A stretch of DNA of 63,663 nucleotides, the filler included, from Candidatus Fermentibacterota bacterium (GTDB lineage Bacteria > JAFGKV01): assembly GCA_016928395.1 (NCBI GenBank). It is 5 parts of 5 records of this genome, joined end to end, with 100 filler letters (N's around TTAATTAATTAA, not from the genome) between each part and the next. Parts side by side here need not be neighbours in the genome. Positions count along the whole stretch, not along the records: positions 14,356 to 28,302 come from JAFGKV010000137.1; positions 28,403 to 59,010 come from JAFGKV010000019.1; 3 more parts are not named here. One strand, given 5' to 3'. The notes below the pieces were generated by a model. That model saw only the letters and a program-made list of their open reading frames with translations. It was not told the origin of the DNA and searched no databases. Positions within the stretch are counted from its first letter, which is position 1, and the number at the start of each line of letters is the position of its first letter. The position numbers were made by a program, and so were the translations under genes. Below, piece after piece: positions 27,615-37,060 of this stretch.

Positions 27615-27798
27615 TTCCTTGGCTACCGGCTATCGTGCGATGCGAGGGACAGTCGGCAGACCGGCTTGAACTAAACGGTAGCTTCACGCAAAGTGGCCCC
27701 GGCATCCACGCGCTACCGGACGGGGTCGGCGCTCACCCTGACCGCAAAACGGTGGTGCGGCGTTCCCACCTGGGGCATGGAAGGAGCGGGTGTGGTGA

Positions 27799-27828
27799 GT
27801 CATCACCCGGCTTGACCGGGTGATCCAG
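27799..27828. repeat. REP-like palindrome
   Basis: GTC-ATCACCCGG-cttga-CCGGGTGAT-CCAG. Confidence 0.6.
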
Positions 27829-27933
27829 ACATAGGTTCAGATGCTCCTGCCTGACTTGCCCGAACGAGTCGGGCAATGATGGGGGGAGGAGTGGACGTTA
27901 CACCATGTATCGTCCGGGCGGCCCGGGGCCCCC

Positions 27934-28302
27934 ACTTGTTTGAGGGAACGTGCAAAGCTCGTGCTCGACTGCCCCAACTCGACGACTACGACTACGATAA
28001 CGACAACGATGTCGATACCGACGCCGCCCCTACGAGGCAACGGTTCCTCGTCGCACTGGGGGGAGCGCCTTCAGGCGCGAAGGGGTGCTTCCCGCGAAGC
28101 GTGGCCCAGCACCTCTGGATGCTGGGCGGGCCTGATAGCTGAGGGCCGATAGCTGACAGCCGACAGCCAACTGCCGGCGTATTCTCAACCTTGAAAGACC
28201 TGAGTGCCTTCCCCCTCAGAGGCCCGACTTGTTTGAGAGTACATCCTGACCTCGTACTCATACTCGTACTCGGAATACTCGTACTCGGAGCTGCGGCTCC
28301 GA
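27934..28302. repeat. Composite dispersed intergenic repeat, copy B (inverted relative to copy A)
   Basis: 28221-28302 is the reverse complement of 21-87 plus a 15-bp duplication; 28025-28050 matches 101-126 with one mismatch; ACTTGTTTGAG at 27934 and 28227. Confidence 0.85.
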
Positions 28303-28402
28303 NNNNNNNNNNNNNNNNNNNNNNNNNNNNNNNNNNNNNNNNNNNNTTAATTAATTAANNNNNNNNNNNNNNNNNNNNNNNNNNNNNNNNNNNNNNNNNN
28401 NN
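28303..28402. other. Assembly gap linker
   Basis: N run with TTAATTAATTAA. Confidence 0.98.
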
Positions 28403-30112
28403 CGTGTCGCCGATATCCTCGCCTTGTCGCTATCGACGCCGCGGCTTGCGTTGACCCAGGAAGCGGCGGCTGGTCTCTCAGGACGCGCGTTCCTCTCCGT
28501 CGCGGGCCCTCCCGGGGCTCTGGAGGTTGAGCCATGGCTGTTCGTCTCGAGGCTGCCGTGGCTGTTCCGTGCGCAGGGTTGGGAATCTGCGCTTCTCCAC
28601 AACGGCCTTGCCACTTGGGCCGAGGCCAAAGCTCGAATAGACGAGGCTACCCGGAACCGCCGGCCGGTACTCTGGATCTGGGTGGGAGGCGACGGGGGCG
28701 TGACGTGGGGCAACGGCACTCATGTTCTCCCTGAGGGTGATGGGTGCTTCGCCGCTGTGGTGGGTGAAAAGGCAGTGGAACCACTGCCGCCTGAGGCGGT
28801 CGTTTCATGGGGGATTCTCGAAGCACTCTCGTCTGCCCACGCAGCAACCTGCTCGGGGCTCTCGGGCCTGGAATCACTCGACGATCCCTACGTGGCCCAG
28901 GGGTTTGGCGCCTACAAACGGCTCTACGTAGATCTGTCCGTCAATGCAGAAGGAAGCGCCGTCGAACTATCCGCAATTGTGGATTCATGGGCACAGCGGC
29001 GTCGCCTTGCTTCGGGGTTTCTTCGCTGGGCGGCAGAGATCCTTCCAGAGCATAGCAGCGGCTTGTCCCAGGCCGCTGCCTGTTTCGAGCAGGAGGCGAT
29101 CCAAAGCCTTGATCCACTGGCCCGTGCCCTTGCCGAGGATGCGGCTGCTCTGGGCTCCGCCAAGGAGTTGCTCTGGAGGGGGCTCTCGTGGTACATCAAG
29201 GGGATTCAAATGATGGAGCCCGCGGCGTTCACCTACGCGGGCCTTGATTCAAGCCTCTGGGGGCTTCTCCATGCGCCCGATGAGGAACCCATGCCCCAGG
29301 GCAGTGTCGCGGGCGTGCTAGAACTCATCAGGCACCAGATGCCCGCGGTTCGACGCATTGCCTACAGAAAGCTCATCGGCGCCCCGCTCCATCCCGAGAA
29401 CTATTGTGATCTGGAGGATGGCCTTCGTGATGAAGATCCCATGGTGCAGCAGGCGGCGTTGGCAGCGCTGGAAGCGATCCGGCCGCCGGATCTTCGAGGA
29501 ATTCTCTGGCGGGCGTTTCAGGACGCTTCCTCCGAGGTGTTGCATGGGAACGGCTATTTTCATCGCGCGTTGGTCTTGGCGCTGACGCGGGTTAGGGAAG
29601 CGGAGGTTCCGGGCCTCCTGGCCGAGGCGGCAGCGCATTGCCCACCAGGAGACTGTCGGCCTCGGTCTCTGCCGGCCTGGTGCGCCGAAGGTATCGTGGA
29701 TCTGTTCGGTCAGGCATCCTGGCCGTATCTGAGGGTGATGCTACAGGCTTCATGCCCCTACGCGAGGGAAGCAGCGGCTGTAGCGTTGGGTCGTCTCGGG
29801 CGTGACGAGGCGCACAGCGAGCTCCATGCGATTGCATTTCGCGATACTTCGGCATTCGTGCAATGCGCGGCGTTGGGGGCGCTGGGGCGAACGGGGTTCC
29901 ACGAAGCGATTCCGAGGTTGCTCGATCTGTTGGAGGCCCCAGAGATGGAGATTAAAACGGCGGCTGCATCGGCTTTGGTGGAGATGGGGGAGCCCGTCCT
30001 ACCGTTTATCGAGGGTCGCATGAAGCGTGTCGGCCCGGATGGTTCGAGGACGCTGGCGATGGTCCGCGACGCCGTACGGCGGGGAGAGGCCCGAAACTTG
30101 CTTAAACGCTAG
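28403..30112 (+). CDS. 5'-truncated HEAT-repeat protein
   Basis: Frame open from the gap; LRDEDPMVQQAALAAL, AREAAAVALGRLG, VQCAALGALGRTG, IKTAAASALVEMG. Confidence 0.8.
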   Translation, partial: RVADILALSLSTPRLALTQEAAAGLSGRAFLSVAGPPGALEVEPWLFVSRLPWLFRAQGWESALLHNGLATWAEAKARIDEATRNRRPVLWIWVGGDGGVTWGNGTHVLPEGDGCFAAVVGEKAVEPLPPEAVVSWGILEALSSAHAATCSGLSGLESLDDPYVAQGFGAYKRLYVDLSVNAEGSAVELSAIVDSWAQRRRLASGFLRWAAEILPEHSSGLSQAAACFEQEAIQSLDPLARALAEDAAALGSAKELLWRGLSWYIKGIQMMEPAAFTYAGLDSSLWGLLHAPDEEPMPQGSVAGVLELIRHQMPAVRRIAYRKLIGAPLHPENYCDLEDGLRDEDPMVQQAALAALEAIRPPDLRGILWRAFQDASSEVLHGNGYFHRALVLALTRVREAEVPGLLAEAAAHCPPGDCRPRSLPAWCAEGIVDLFGQASWPYLRVMLQASCPYAREAAAVALGRLGRDEAHSELHAIAFRDTSAFVQCAALGALGRTGFHEAIPRLLDLLEAPEMEIKTAAASALVEMGEPVLPFIEGRMKRVGPDGSRTLAMVRDAVRRGEARNLLKR

Positions 30113-30158
30113 TAGTTTTCGCACACTGGCGCATTTTGGGGGGGCCGAAAGAGGCCTC

Positions 30159-31091
30159 ATGAGAGAAACGGTCCGCAAGCCAGCGATGACGTGGCAGCAA
30201 CCCTCGGTACTCACCGCGCAGGATCTGTCGTCCCACCTGGAAGATGCGGGTCGGCTCGTCTGGGAAGACGTTGCCGAACTGCTGCGCGAAGTCGAGACCC
30301 GGCAAGCCAGTGTGGAGGAGTTGTTCGCTCGCTTGCTTTCGTCGATGCTTCCTCAGGGGCTGCGGGTTGCCCCCTGTCACGTTTTCAATCGAGAAGGGAT
30401 TGTGGGCCCCGTATGCAAATTGACGGTGTATGACAGCCGTGTGTGGGCGCCTTTGCCCACGGCCCGAGGAACACATCTGATCCCCTCCCAGGCGGTGTTC
30501 GCTCTGGTGGAAGTGGACCGGATTCTTACTCCGGGAGTCGTCAACAGGACGCTGGATCTGTTCGAGAGCATGAGAGCCCTCTGGATTCAGGGGCAGGAAC
30601 CTCCGCTTACCATGCTGCTGTCACTGGAGGGCGCCTCCGCACTGCATATCCGAGATCTGCTTCCCCCAGGAACGGAGTGTCATCTCGATGTGGTGGGCAT
30701 TCTCGATCGCTGGCTCATCGTGTTTCAGGGCAGCAGAGAGGAGAGCGGGCCATTAGCGCGTCTGGGTACGGTCCCAGAGCGATATCCCCGGGTTGACTAT
30801 CCCGGCCGTCACACGCCCATTCTGCTCCACCAGCTTCTTCATCAGCAGCTCCTGCCTGAGTATCGCGGGGCGGAGCACGATGCGCTTCGGCGCGAATTGG
30901 GTCGAATGGTCACTTCGCTGCTGCCGCTGTATGATCGTGAGTACTGTAAGAAGCACAGGGAACGGCTCAGCGTGCTGACCAACGAGCGACTGCGTCGCAA
31001 TCCGACCCACGAAACCGTGCTCTTCTGCACGGATTTCCTGAGCTACCTCGACTTCATCAACCGCCCCTTCGAGAGCCTGCTACGGGTGTAG
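30159..31091 (+). CDS. DUF6602-like protein with degenerate nuclease-type motifs
   Basis: LLSSMLPQGLRV...VFNREG...LTVYD...LIPSQAVFALVEV follows the DUF6602 spacing as I recall it. Confidence 0.5.
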   Translation: MRETVRKPAMTWQQPSVLTAQDLSSHLEDAGRLVWEDVAELLREVETRQASVEELFARLLSSMLPQGLRVAPCHVFNREGIVGPVCKLTVYDSRVWAPLPTARGTHLIPSQAVFALVEVDRILTPGVVNRTLDLFESMRALWIQGQEPPLTMLLSLEGASALHIRDLLPPGTECHLDVVGILDRWLIVFQGSREESGPLARLGTVPERYPRVDYPGRHTPILLHQLLHQQLLPEYRGAEHDALRRELGRMVTSLLPLYDREYCKKHRERLSVLTNERLRRNPTHETVLFCTDFLSYLDFINRPFESLLRV

Positions 31092-31443
31092 CCTGCCGAG
31101 CTGTGCTCGGCATCTATGGCGTGCGAGGAGTCTGCGGGGCCGCTATCGGAGCCGGATATCCATCGATTCGACTGCGAAGTCGAGTGCGATAGGGACCGCA
31201 ATCGGGTTTCAATGCCTATTCTGAAGCAAGAGCACAGACGCTGCGTTACGGCGCATCGGCTCGTCCGGACCAGCCGGCCCGCCCTCCAAGGGCTTCTCGG
31301 GTTCGGCTACTACGATCCCAGGGACTGCTCACCTGCTGCCGCGCCCGGAACCACCTGCCAGCAATAGGACGCCACCACGGCCGGCATCGACCGAGAAGCC
31401 GATGGCGGCGGAGACGCCGACAGCACACGTGGGAAAGCACCCA

Positions 31444-32292
31444 TCAGGAGAGCGTTCGCCTCACCCCGAAGCGACGCCGCTGAAGGTCAGCCACGACGCC
31501 AAGCATCCCTCCGCCCAGACCCACCGTGATGCCCACAATGCCGCCGATGAGCCCGAGAGTGGTCACCGCCATGGAGCCCCTGGCCGTCTCCAGGGAGAGT
31601 ACCGCAAATACGAGTAGTATGGAAGGGAGAAGACAGTGCATGGCGAATACCGCGCGCACGCGAACTTTTCGCAGGGCTTCCCACTCCCGTTCCTGGCGTG
31701 CCGGATCCGGACCCCGGATGATCTGGGGTGCACTGACCTCTGCCGCCAGCCACCAGCGGTACAGTACAAGCTCACCCAAGGCGAGCAGAGTCAACACAGA
31801 GGCGAGTGCGAGGCCACCAGGGGGAATCGGCACAGCAAGGAGGCGCCAGGCAAGAGCCGCCAGCCCCACAGACACGATCATCAAGGGAAACCTCAGGATC
31901 GATTTGGGAAGGTAGTCCCTAACGGCGCGGGTGCGAAGGCTGGCGGAACGTGGCCCCTCCGCTGAGGGGGTCCTGCCCGCTTTCAGCAGGCTATCCTGGG
32001 CCCGCACCAGGGGCATGGCCATTCCCCACCATAGGCCATGAAAGCCTGCCAGTGCTACCAGCAATGCCAAGGTGTTTCCTGGCACAACATCTCGAGGTAT
32101 CAGAGCCCACCCGACGACGTAGGCGAGGGAAATGAACATTGAGACTGCCAGCAGCTTCCCGATTCTCCGATGGCCTTCGATGTGGGTCCCAAGGGATCGG
32201 GCCTCTCTGCGGGCCGAAGAAAGCATGAGCCACGCCATCAGCGGGACGGAAAGGACCGCTATCACCGGGAACAGGATTTCGAAAGCTCTCAT
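31444..32292 (-). CDS. Multi-pass membrane protein cotranscribed with GntR
   Basis: About 7 hydrophobic segments; 4-bp overlap with the gntR stop. Confidence 0.75.
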   Translation of the reverse strand: MRAFEILFPVIAVLSVPLMAWLMLSSARREARSLGTHIEGHRRIGKLLAVSMFISLAYVVGWALIPRDVVPGNTLALLVALAGFHGLWWGMAMPLVRAQDSLLKAGRTPSAEGPRSASLRTRAVRDYLPKSILRFPLMIVSVGLAALAWRLLAVPIPPGGLALASVLTLLALGELVLYRWWLAAEVSAPQIIRGPDPARQEREWEALRKVRVRAVFAMHCLLPSILLVFAVLSLETARGSMAVTTLGLIGGIVGITVGLGGGMLGVVADLQRRRFGVRRTLS

Positions 32293-32684
32293 CTTGGGCT
32301 CCCTCCTCTTTGAGTCTCAAGCTCACGGCTCAGCAATGCTCTAAGTTCGTCCGCGTCTATCCCGGCCCTTGGCGACTGCGCCACCGCTTCGCGCAGGCTG
32401 GCCAGGACCATGGTTCTCGCTTCTCTGCGCGCGGCAGCGGACCAGTCGGTCTTTTGCCGTACAATCGCCCGTCTTCCCCGCACGACATGGACGAAGCCTT
32501 CATCGGCCATGTGGCGATAGGCACGGGCCACCGTGTTCCAGTGTACGCCCAGGTCACCCGCGAGCTGCCGCGCCGACGGTAATGGCTGCCCAGGGCTCAC
32601 GGCACCAGTCACCACAGCCTCCTTGAGAGACTGCACCAACTGATCCACGACAGTCGTGGGGCTACTGAGATCAATCGTAATCAT
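32289..32684 (-). CDS. GntR-family transcriptional regulator, YtrA subfamily
   Basis: PGQPLPSARQLAGDLGVHWNTVARAY; short C-terminal helix; 131 aa. Confidence 0.92.
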   Translation of the reverse strand: MITIDLSSPTTVVDQLVQSLKEAVVTGAVSPGQPLPSARQLAGDLGVHWNTVARAYRHMADEGFVHVVRGRRAIVRQKTDWSAAARREARTMVLASLREAVAQSPRAGIDADELRALLSRELETQRGGSPR

Positions 32685-32690
32685 GGTCGC

Positions 32691-32719
32691 AGTGTACAGT
32701 ACAATGATACAGTTGTCAA
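32691..32719 (-). promoter_or_regulatory. Sigma-70 promoter with overlapping YtrA-type operator
   Basis: Minus strand TTGACA-17 nt-TACACT-6 nt-ATG; TGTA-N11-TACA at 32693-32711. Confidence 0.8.
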
Positions 32720-32977
32720 GACGTTTGTTCAATGTGTGATACTCATGGCCGATGAAGAATCCCCCTGCGTAATGTCAGCCCGATCTCTGGCCGCCCGCCG
32801 GTCGCGCGAGTACGGGGGTTGCGCTCCGTCGGCGATAGAGGCTATCTATTCCACCCTTGGTGCGCTCGAATTGGTCCAGGGATGAGGTGGCGGCAGTGGT
32901 TTCTCTGCGGGCAACCCCGCCATAGGCAACGCCCGCGCGTGACCTGGATTCTGCGTCTCAACTCACGGGAGTGTTCC

Positions 32978-33790
32978 ATGCAGACGAGGATCGAATCGAT
33001 ATCGCCGGTCATGCAGGCCCTTCTGGCAACCCTCTTCACGTGGGCTCTTACCGCGGCGGGAGCATGCCTCGTTCTGTTCGCTCGTAGCATCAAGCAGAAA
33101 CTCATGGATTCGATGCTCGGATTTGCCGCTGGGGTGATGATTGCGGCCAGCTTCTGGTCGCTCTTGGCGCCAGGGATTGCCATGGCTGAGGAGATGGGCA
33201 TGGTGCCCTGGCTTACCGCGGCTATTGGGTTTCTCGCAGGCGGTGTGTTCATGCGGGTGGTTGACAGGTTTCTACCCCATCTGCACCCCGATATGTTTGC
33301 GGCACCGGAAGGCGCCAAGACATCATGGCAGCGAAGCACCCTGCTGGTGCTGGCCATCACACTCCACAATATCCCGGAAGGCCTGGCAGTTGGAGTCGCT
33401 TTTGGCGCAGTTGCAGCCGGGCTGCCCTCGGCGACCTTGGGCGGCGCCATCGCGCTGGCGCTGGGAATCGGTCTCCAGAACTTCCCTGAGGGTGCCGCGG
33501 TTTCCTTGCCGCTACGCCGTGAAGGGATGAGCATCAAGAAGAGTCTGTTCCTTGGGCAGCTCTCAGGAGCAGTGGAGCCGGTGGCCGGCATTATCGGTGC
33601 CGTGTTTGTCATGCACATGCAGCAGATTTTGCCCTATGCCCTGTGTTTCGCTGCGGGCGCCATGATCTTCGTCGTGGTCGAGGAACTCATTCCGGAGTCG
33701 CAGCGCATCGAGTCGAATATCGACACCGTAACCCTTGCCACCATGGTCGGCTTTACAATAATGATGATTCTCGATGTCGCGCTGGGATAG
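32978..33790 (+). CDS. ZIP-family metal transporter (GufA/ZupT-like)
   Basis: GFAAGVMIAASFWSLL, AITLHNIPEGLAVG, GIGLQNFPEG, VVEELIPE. Confidence 0.93.
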   Translation: MQTRIESISPVMQALLATLFTWALTAAGACLVLFARSIKQKLMDSMLGFAAGVMIAASFWSLLAPGIAMAEEMGMVPWLTAAIGFLAGGVFMRVVDRFLPHLHPDMFAAPEGAKTSWQRSTLLVLAITLHNIPEGLAVGVAFGAVAAGLPSATLGGAIALALGIGLQNFPEGAAVSLPLRREGMSIKKSLFLGQLSGAVEPVAGIIGAVFVMHMQQILPYALCFAAGAMIFVVVEELIPESQRIESNIDTVTLATMVGFTIMMILDVALG

Positions 33791-34014
33791 AGGAGAAACG
33801 ATGGGGAACGAGTCGGCGCGGGCACCAGTCAATCGGTACTCTGGGCGGTGTCGCCTCAGACCAGGGATCACCTACGATGAGCATTGTGAGGATGGATGGA
33901 AGGAAGAGCGGGGCTTGGGAGCTGACTGCTCAGAGCAGACCACACAGAGGTCCTCGCGAAGCGAGGCGAAGTGCGTACCGCCAATGGCTCGCATACGAGC
34001 GAACAGGAGGAACC

Positions 34015-36759
34015 ATGCGTTCACTGGGTAGACTTGACCAGTTCTCCCCGGCCCGCGTCCAGGCGACGATGCTTCTTTGGGCATGTCTGATCACGGCAAT
34101 GATTGCGAGTGCAGCGTATGCCACACCGCCTCTGGAATGGTCGCTGCAGGACGGACGGGATGCCGGTTATCGTTCGGTGGAGGATGTCAATGTCTCGCAT
34201 GCCATCGCGCCTCGCGTAGACGACCGGTATGTCTTTGCCACGAACTACAATTACCTCTTCGAACTCCGCCAGATCGCCCAGTTTCTTCAGGTGTGGCAGG
34301 TGATTGACCCGGCCAGCCCCGACTTCGGCGGTATGATAGAGGCCGAAGCCGGCGCCCTTGCAGACGTGATCCAGACAGATAATACCCTGGAAGCCATCAT
34401 CGCCTGGTGCCTATATGCCGTTGTCTTCGGCGATACTGCGACCTATGGCGAGAATGTCCGCACTGCATGGGAGTATTGCTGGCGGTACCCGGCCTGGCTC
34501 GAAGAGGGTTCGGCTGGTGATGACTATTACCGGAACCACAACTGCGCATGGGGCGCGTGGGCCGCCCTGACCTACGAAGAGGCCTATGGAGATCCCATTC
34601 ATGCCTCGTACGCCGACACCTGTGCCGCCTACATGATCGATCACCCCATGTCGTTCAACGCCTCAGGAGCCTATCGCTGGATCAACCCGTTCGTCACCGG
34701 GTGGATGGCGGGTAATCTGTATTTCTGGGGCGAGACCATCGGCAGCGCTGCAGTGATGGACACGGCGGTCGGCATGGGTAACCGCGTGCGCGAATGGATC
34801 GAGGCCGATCCGATCACGAGACTCTCGGAGGAGCGGTGGGCCATGTCCTCGGGCACCGCGGTGTGGGGAGTCTGCAACTCTACCTTTCGGGCCGATCCGG
34901 CCCAAGGTACGGCATGGGTCGCTGAATACGGACCCCTGATGGATACGTTCCAGCCGTGGCGCAATGCGCCCGATGACGGCTACGATTGGGACAATGCATG
35001 GAACGTGGCATATGCCAATGCCCATCATGCCATGTACCTGCTCAGTGGGGTCGACCAGTACGGCGCCAACTTCCAGGCCTTGACCGATACTCTCCTTTCC
35101 TATGACACCGACGATGACGGGGGCATTCCCGCCACTACCATGGACCCGCCCACCGAGGACATGACGTGGGTCTCCTCCTACCTCTGGCTCATGGGAGTGC
35201 ACAACCTGGCCACGCATTTGCCCGACATCGACGTGGGCGTGTGGCGCCTTTGGGCCGAGGCGGCCCGGCCGCCCTTCCATGTCGGCGATTCCCTCATCGT
35301 ACACTGCACCTTCGCCAATTTCGGACGCGAGTCGCAGGAAGAAGTCATCGCCGCCATCGTCGTGACGGATCCCACCGGCGGTGAACTTGTTCAGCAATGG
35401 AATTGGAGCATGGCGCAAGGTGAGAACATCGAGGTGACGACCACGTGGCCTTTGCCTGTACCGGGGACCTATCAGCTGACCGCGTCCGCCGGATGCCCCG
35501 GCGATGAAGACTCTGCGAACGACGAACTGTCGGTATCGGTGGAAGTCGTGCCCGTGGTACAGGTTGCCGGCATCTTGGAGTCGACGCTCACCGGCTTGCC
35601 CCTGGGCGGACGAATCACGGCCGCATACCTGCTGGAGGGCCAGGATCCCGCTCCGTATGACACCTGCTGGGCCGGCCCCGACGACGGGCGCTGGGTCCTT
35701 GAACTGCCCGAAGGCCAGTACTTCCTCGCGGTGGAACCCCGGCTTCCGTATCCAGAACATGCTGAGACTCTGCTAGTGGCCGGCCCGTCCCTGGCTATTG
35801 GCATCACCTTCGACCGTGTCGCTGATATGGTGCTTGTGGATGATGATGACGGGGAGAACATCGAGACCTTCCTCCTCCAATCATGCGACACCTTGGGCCT
35901 GGTTTCACGGCATTGGGATCGCGCGACAGATCCTGTACCCTCGACGACCCATCTTCTAGAGTTCCCCACGGTTCCCGTGGTATGGCTCACCGGCGAAGCG
36001 ACGGCCCTGGCCCTGGAGGCCGGCGAGCAGGATTCCCTCGCGGCATTCCTCCAGGGCGGCGGCATGCTCTTGCTGACCGGCCAGAATGCCGTCGAGTTCT
36101 GCGGTGATGGAGTGCTGTTCGAGGAGTGGTTCCCGGTGGCCTTCGCCTCCAACACCTTCGATCACATTCTCGACCTGGATTCATCCGATCCCTTCAATTC
36201 CGGCTACGTCCATATCGGCACCGCAGGGTTTGGTTCGGCAAATAACCAGCGTGCACAGGATGTTCTCGCTCTGGTACAAACCCCCGGAGTCGATGCGTTT
36301 CCCTTTGCCTCCTACAGCCCCGGGTCGGTAGCCGGTATCTGGTTCGATGGTATGGGCGCTCGGCGTATCCTGCTGGGGTTTGGGCTGGAAGGGGTCGGGC
36401 TTCCGAGCCAGCCCCAGGGGTTCATGCCCCGGCACGTGCTCCTGGGCCGGTCTCTGGCTTGGCTGGCCGGTGAGGTCGGGATCTTCGATGCCGACGAGAC
36501 CCTTCCCCGGCAGCCGGTCTTGTGTGTCGGTCCGAATCCGGCCCGGGATCTGATCACCCTGACGTACTGGTCACCCTCGGTCGCGCGTACCGTACGGTTT
36601 CACATCTATGATGCAGGGGGGAGGCGGGTAGCTGCCTGCACCCTGCAGGGTGAATCCCGCACCGTTGTGGCGACCTTCAACACTTCGGGCCTTGCGTCGG
36701 GTCACTACCTGTGTCGGGCGGGCACCGCGGCGGCGAGACCCTTGGTTATCCTTCGATAG
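34015..36759 (+). CDS. Large secreted multidomain protein with T9SS/FlgD-type C-terminal domain
   Basis: AGGAGG RBS; signal peptide; Trp/Tyr-rich helical N-domain; CARDB-like (NFG...DEDSANDEL); LVDDDDGE domain; CTD GPNPA...IYDAGGRRV...SGHY. Confidence 0.75.
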   Translation: MRSLGRLDQFSPARVQATMLLWACLITAMIASAAYATPPLEWSLQDGRDAGYRSVEDVNVSHAIAPRVDDRYVFATNYNYLFELRQIAQFLQVWQVIDPASPDFGGMIEAEAGALADVIQTDNTLEAIIAWCLYAVVFGDTATYGENVRTAWEYCWRYPAWLEEGSAGDDYYRNHNCAWGAWAALTYEEAYGDPIHASYADTCAAYMIDHPMSFNASGAYRWINPFVTGWMAGNLYFWGETIGSAAVMDTAVGMGNRVREWIEADPITRLSEERWAMSSGTAVWGVCNSTFRADPAQGTAWVAEYGPLMDTFQPWRNAPDDGYDWDNAWNVAYANAHHAMYLLSGVDQYGANFQALTDTLLSYDTDDDGGIPATTMDPPTEDMTWVSSYLWLMGVHNLATHLPDIDVGVWRLWAEAARPPFHVGDSLIVHCTFANFGRESQEEVIAAIVVTDPTGGELVQQWNWSMAQGENIEVTTTWPLPVPGTYQLTASAGCPGDEDSANDELSVSVEVVPVVQVAGILESTLTGLPLGGRITAAYLLEGQDPAPYDTCWAGPDDGRWVLELPEGQYFLAVEPRLPYPEHAETLLVAGPSLAIGITFDRVADMVLVDDDDGENIETFLLQSCDTLGLVSRHWDRATDPVPSTTHLLEFPTVPVVWLTGEATALALEAGEQDSLAAFLQGGGMLLLTGQNAVEFCGDGVLFEEWFPVAFASNTFDHILDLDSSDPFNSGYVHIGTAGFGSANNQRAQDVLALVQTPGVDAFPFASYSPGSVAGIWFDGMGARRILLGFGLEGVGLPSQPQGFMPRHVLLGRSLAWLAGEVGIFDADETLPRQPVLCVGPNPARDLITLTYWSPSVARTVRFHIYDAGGRRVAACTLQGESRTVVATFNTSGLASGHYLCRAGTAAARPLVILR

Positions 36760-37060
36760 GAGATTACTCGGCGCAGGCACAGGGTATTTCCTACCGCGAG
36801 GCGATAGTATTCGTGGCTGGTCTCTCGTTGCGGTGATTGGGTCATCGTCTGTTTCCTCAACCTGCACTCAATTCTCGCATGTCGCGCCGATGACCTTGTT
36901 CGAAGCTCGACATCCTCCCCTCCAGGTGGCGGATGGGTGGGGTGTAGATATCTTGGAAGCCACACCTCATGGTAACCACGCTCGTGGCGCGTGTGCGCCC
37001 GGCTGAAGGTATGATTGCCCGACCAAAGGGCAGCATTCTGCGCGATCCTGGAGGAGTGTA

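Noticed and set aside
34663..35760. Long antisense or alternate-frame ORFs (also 2346-3413, 18910-19854, 52506-53432)
   Set aside because: Shadow ORFs expected at high GC; they overlap well-supported genes and carry no recognisable motifs.
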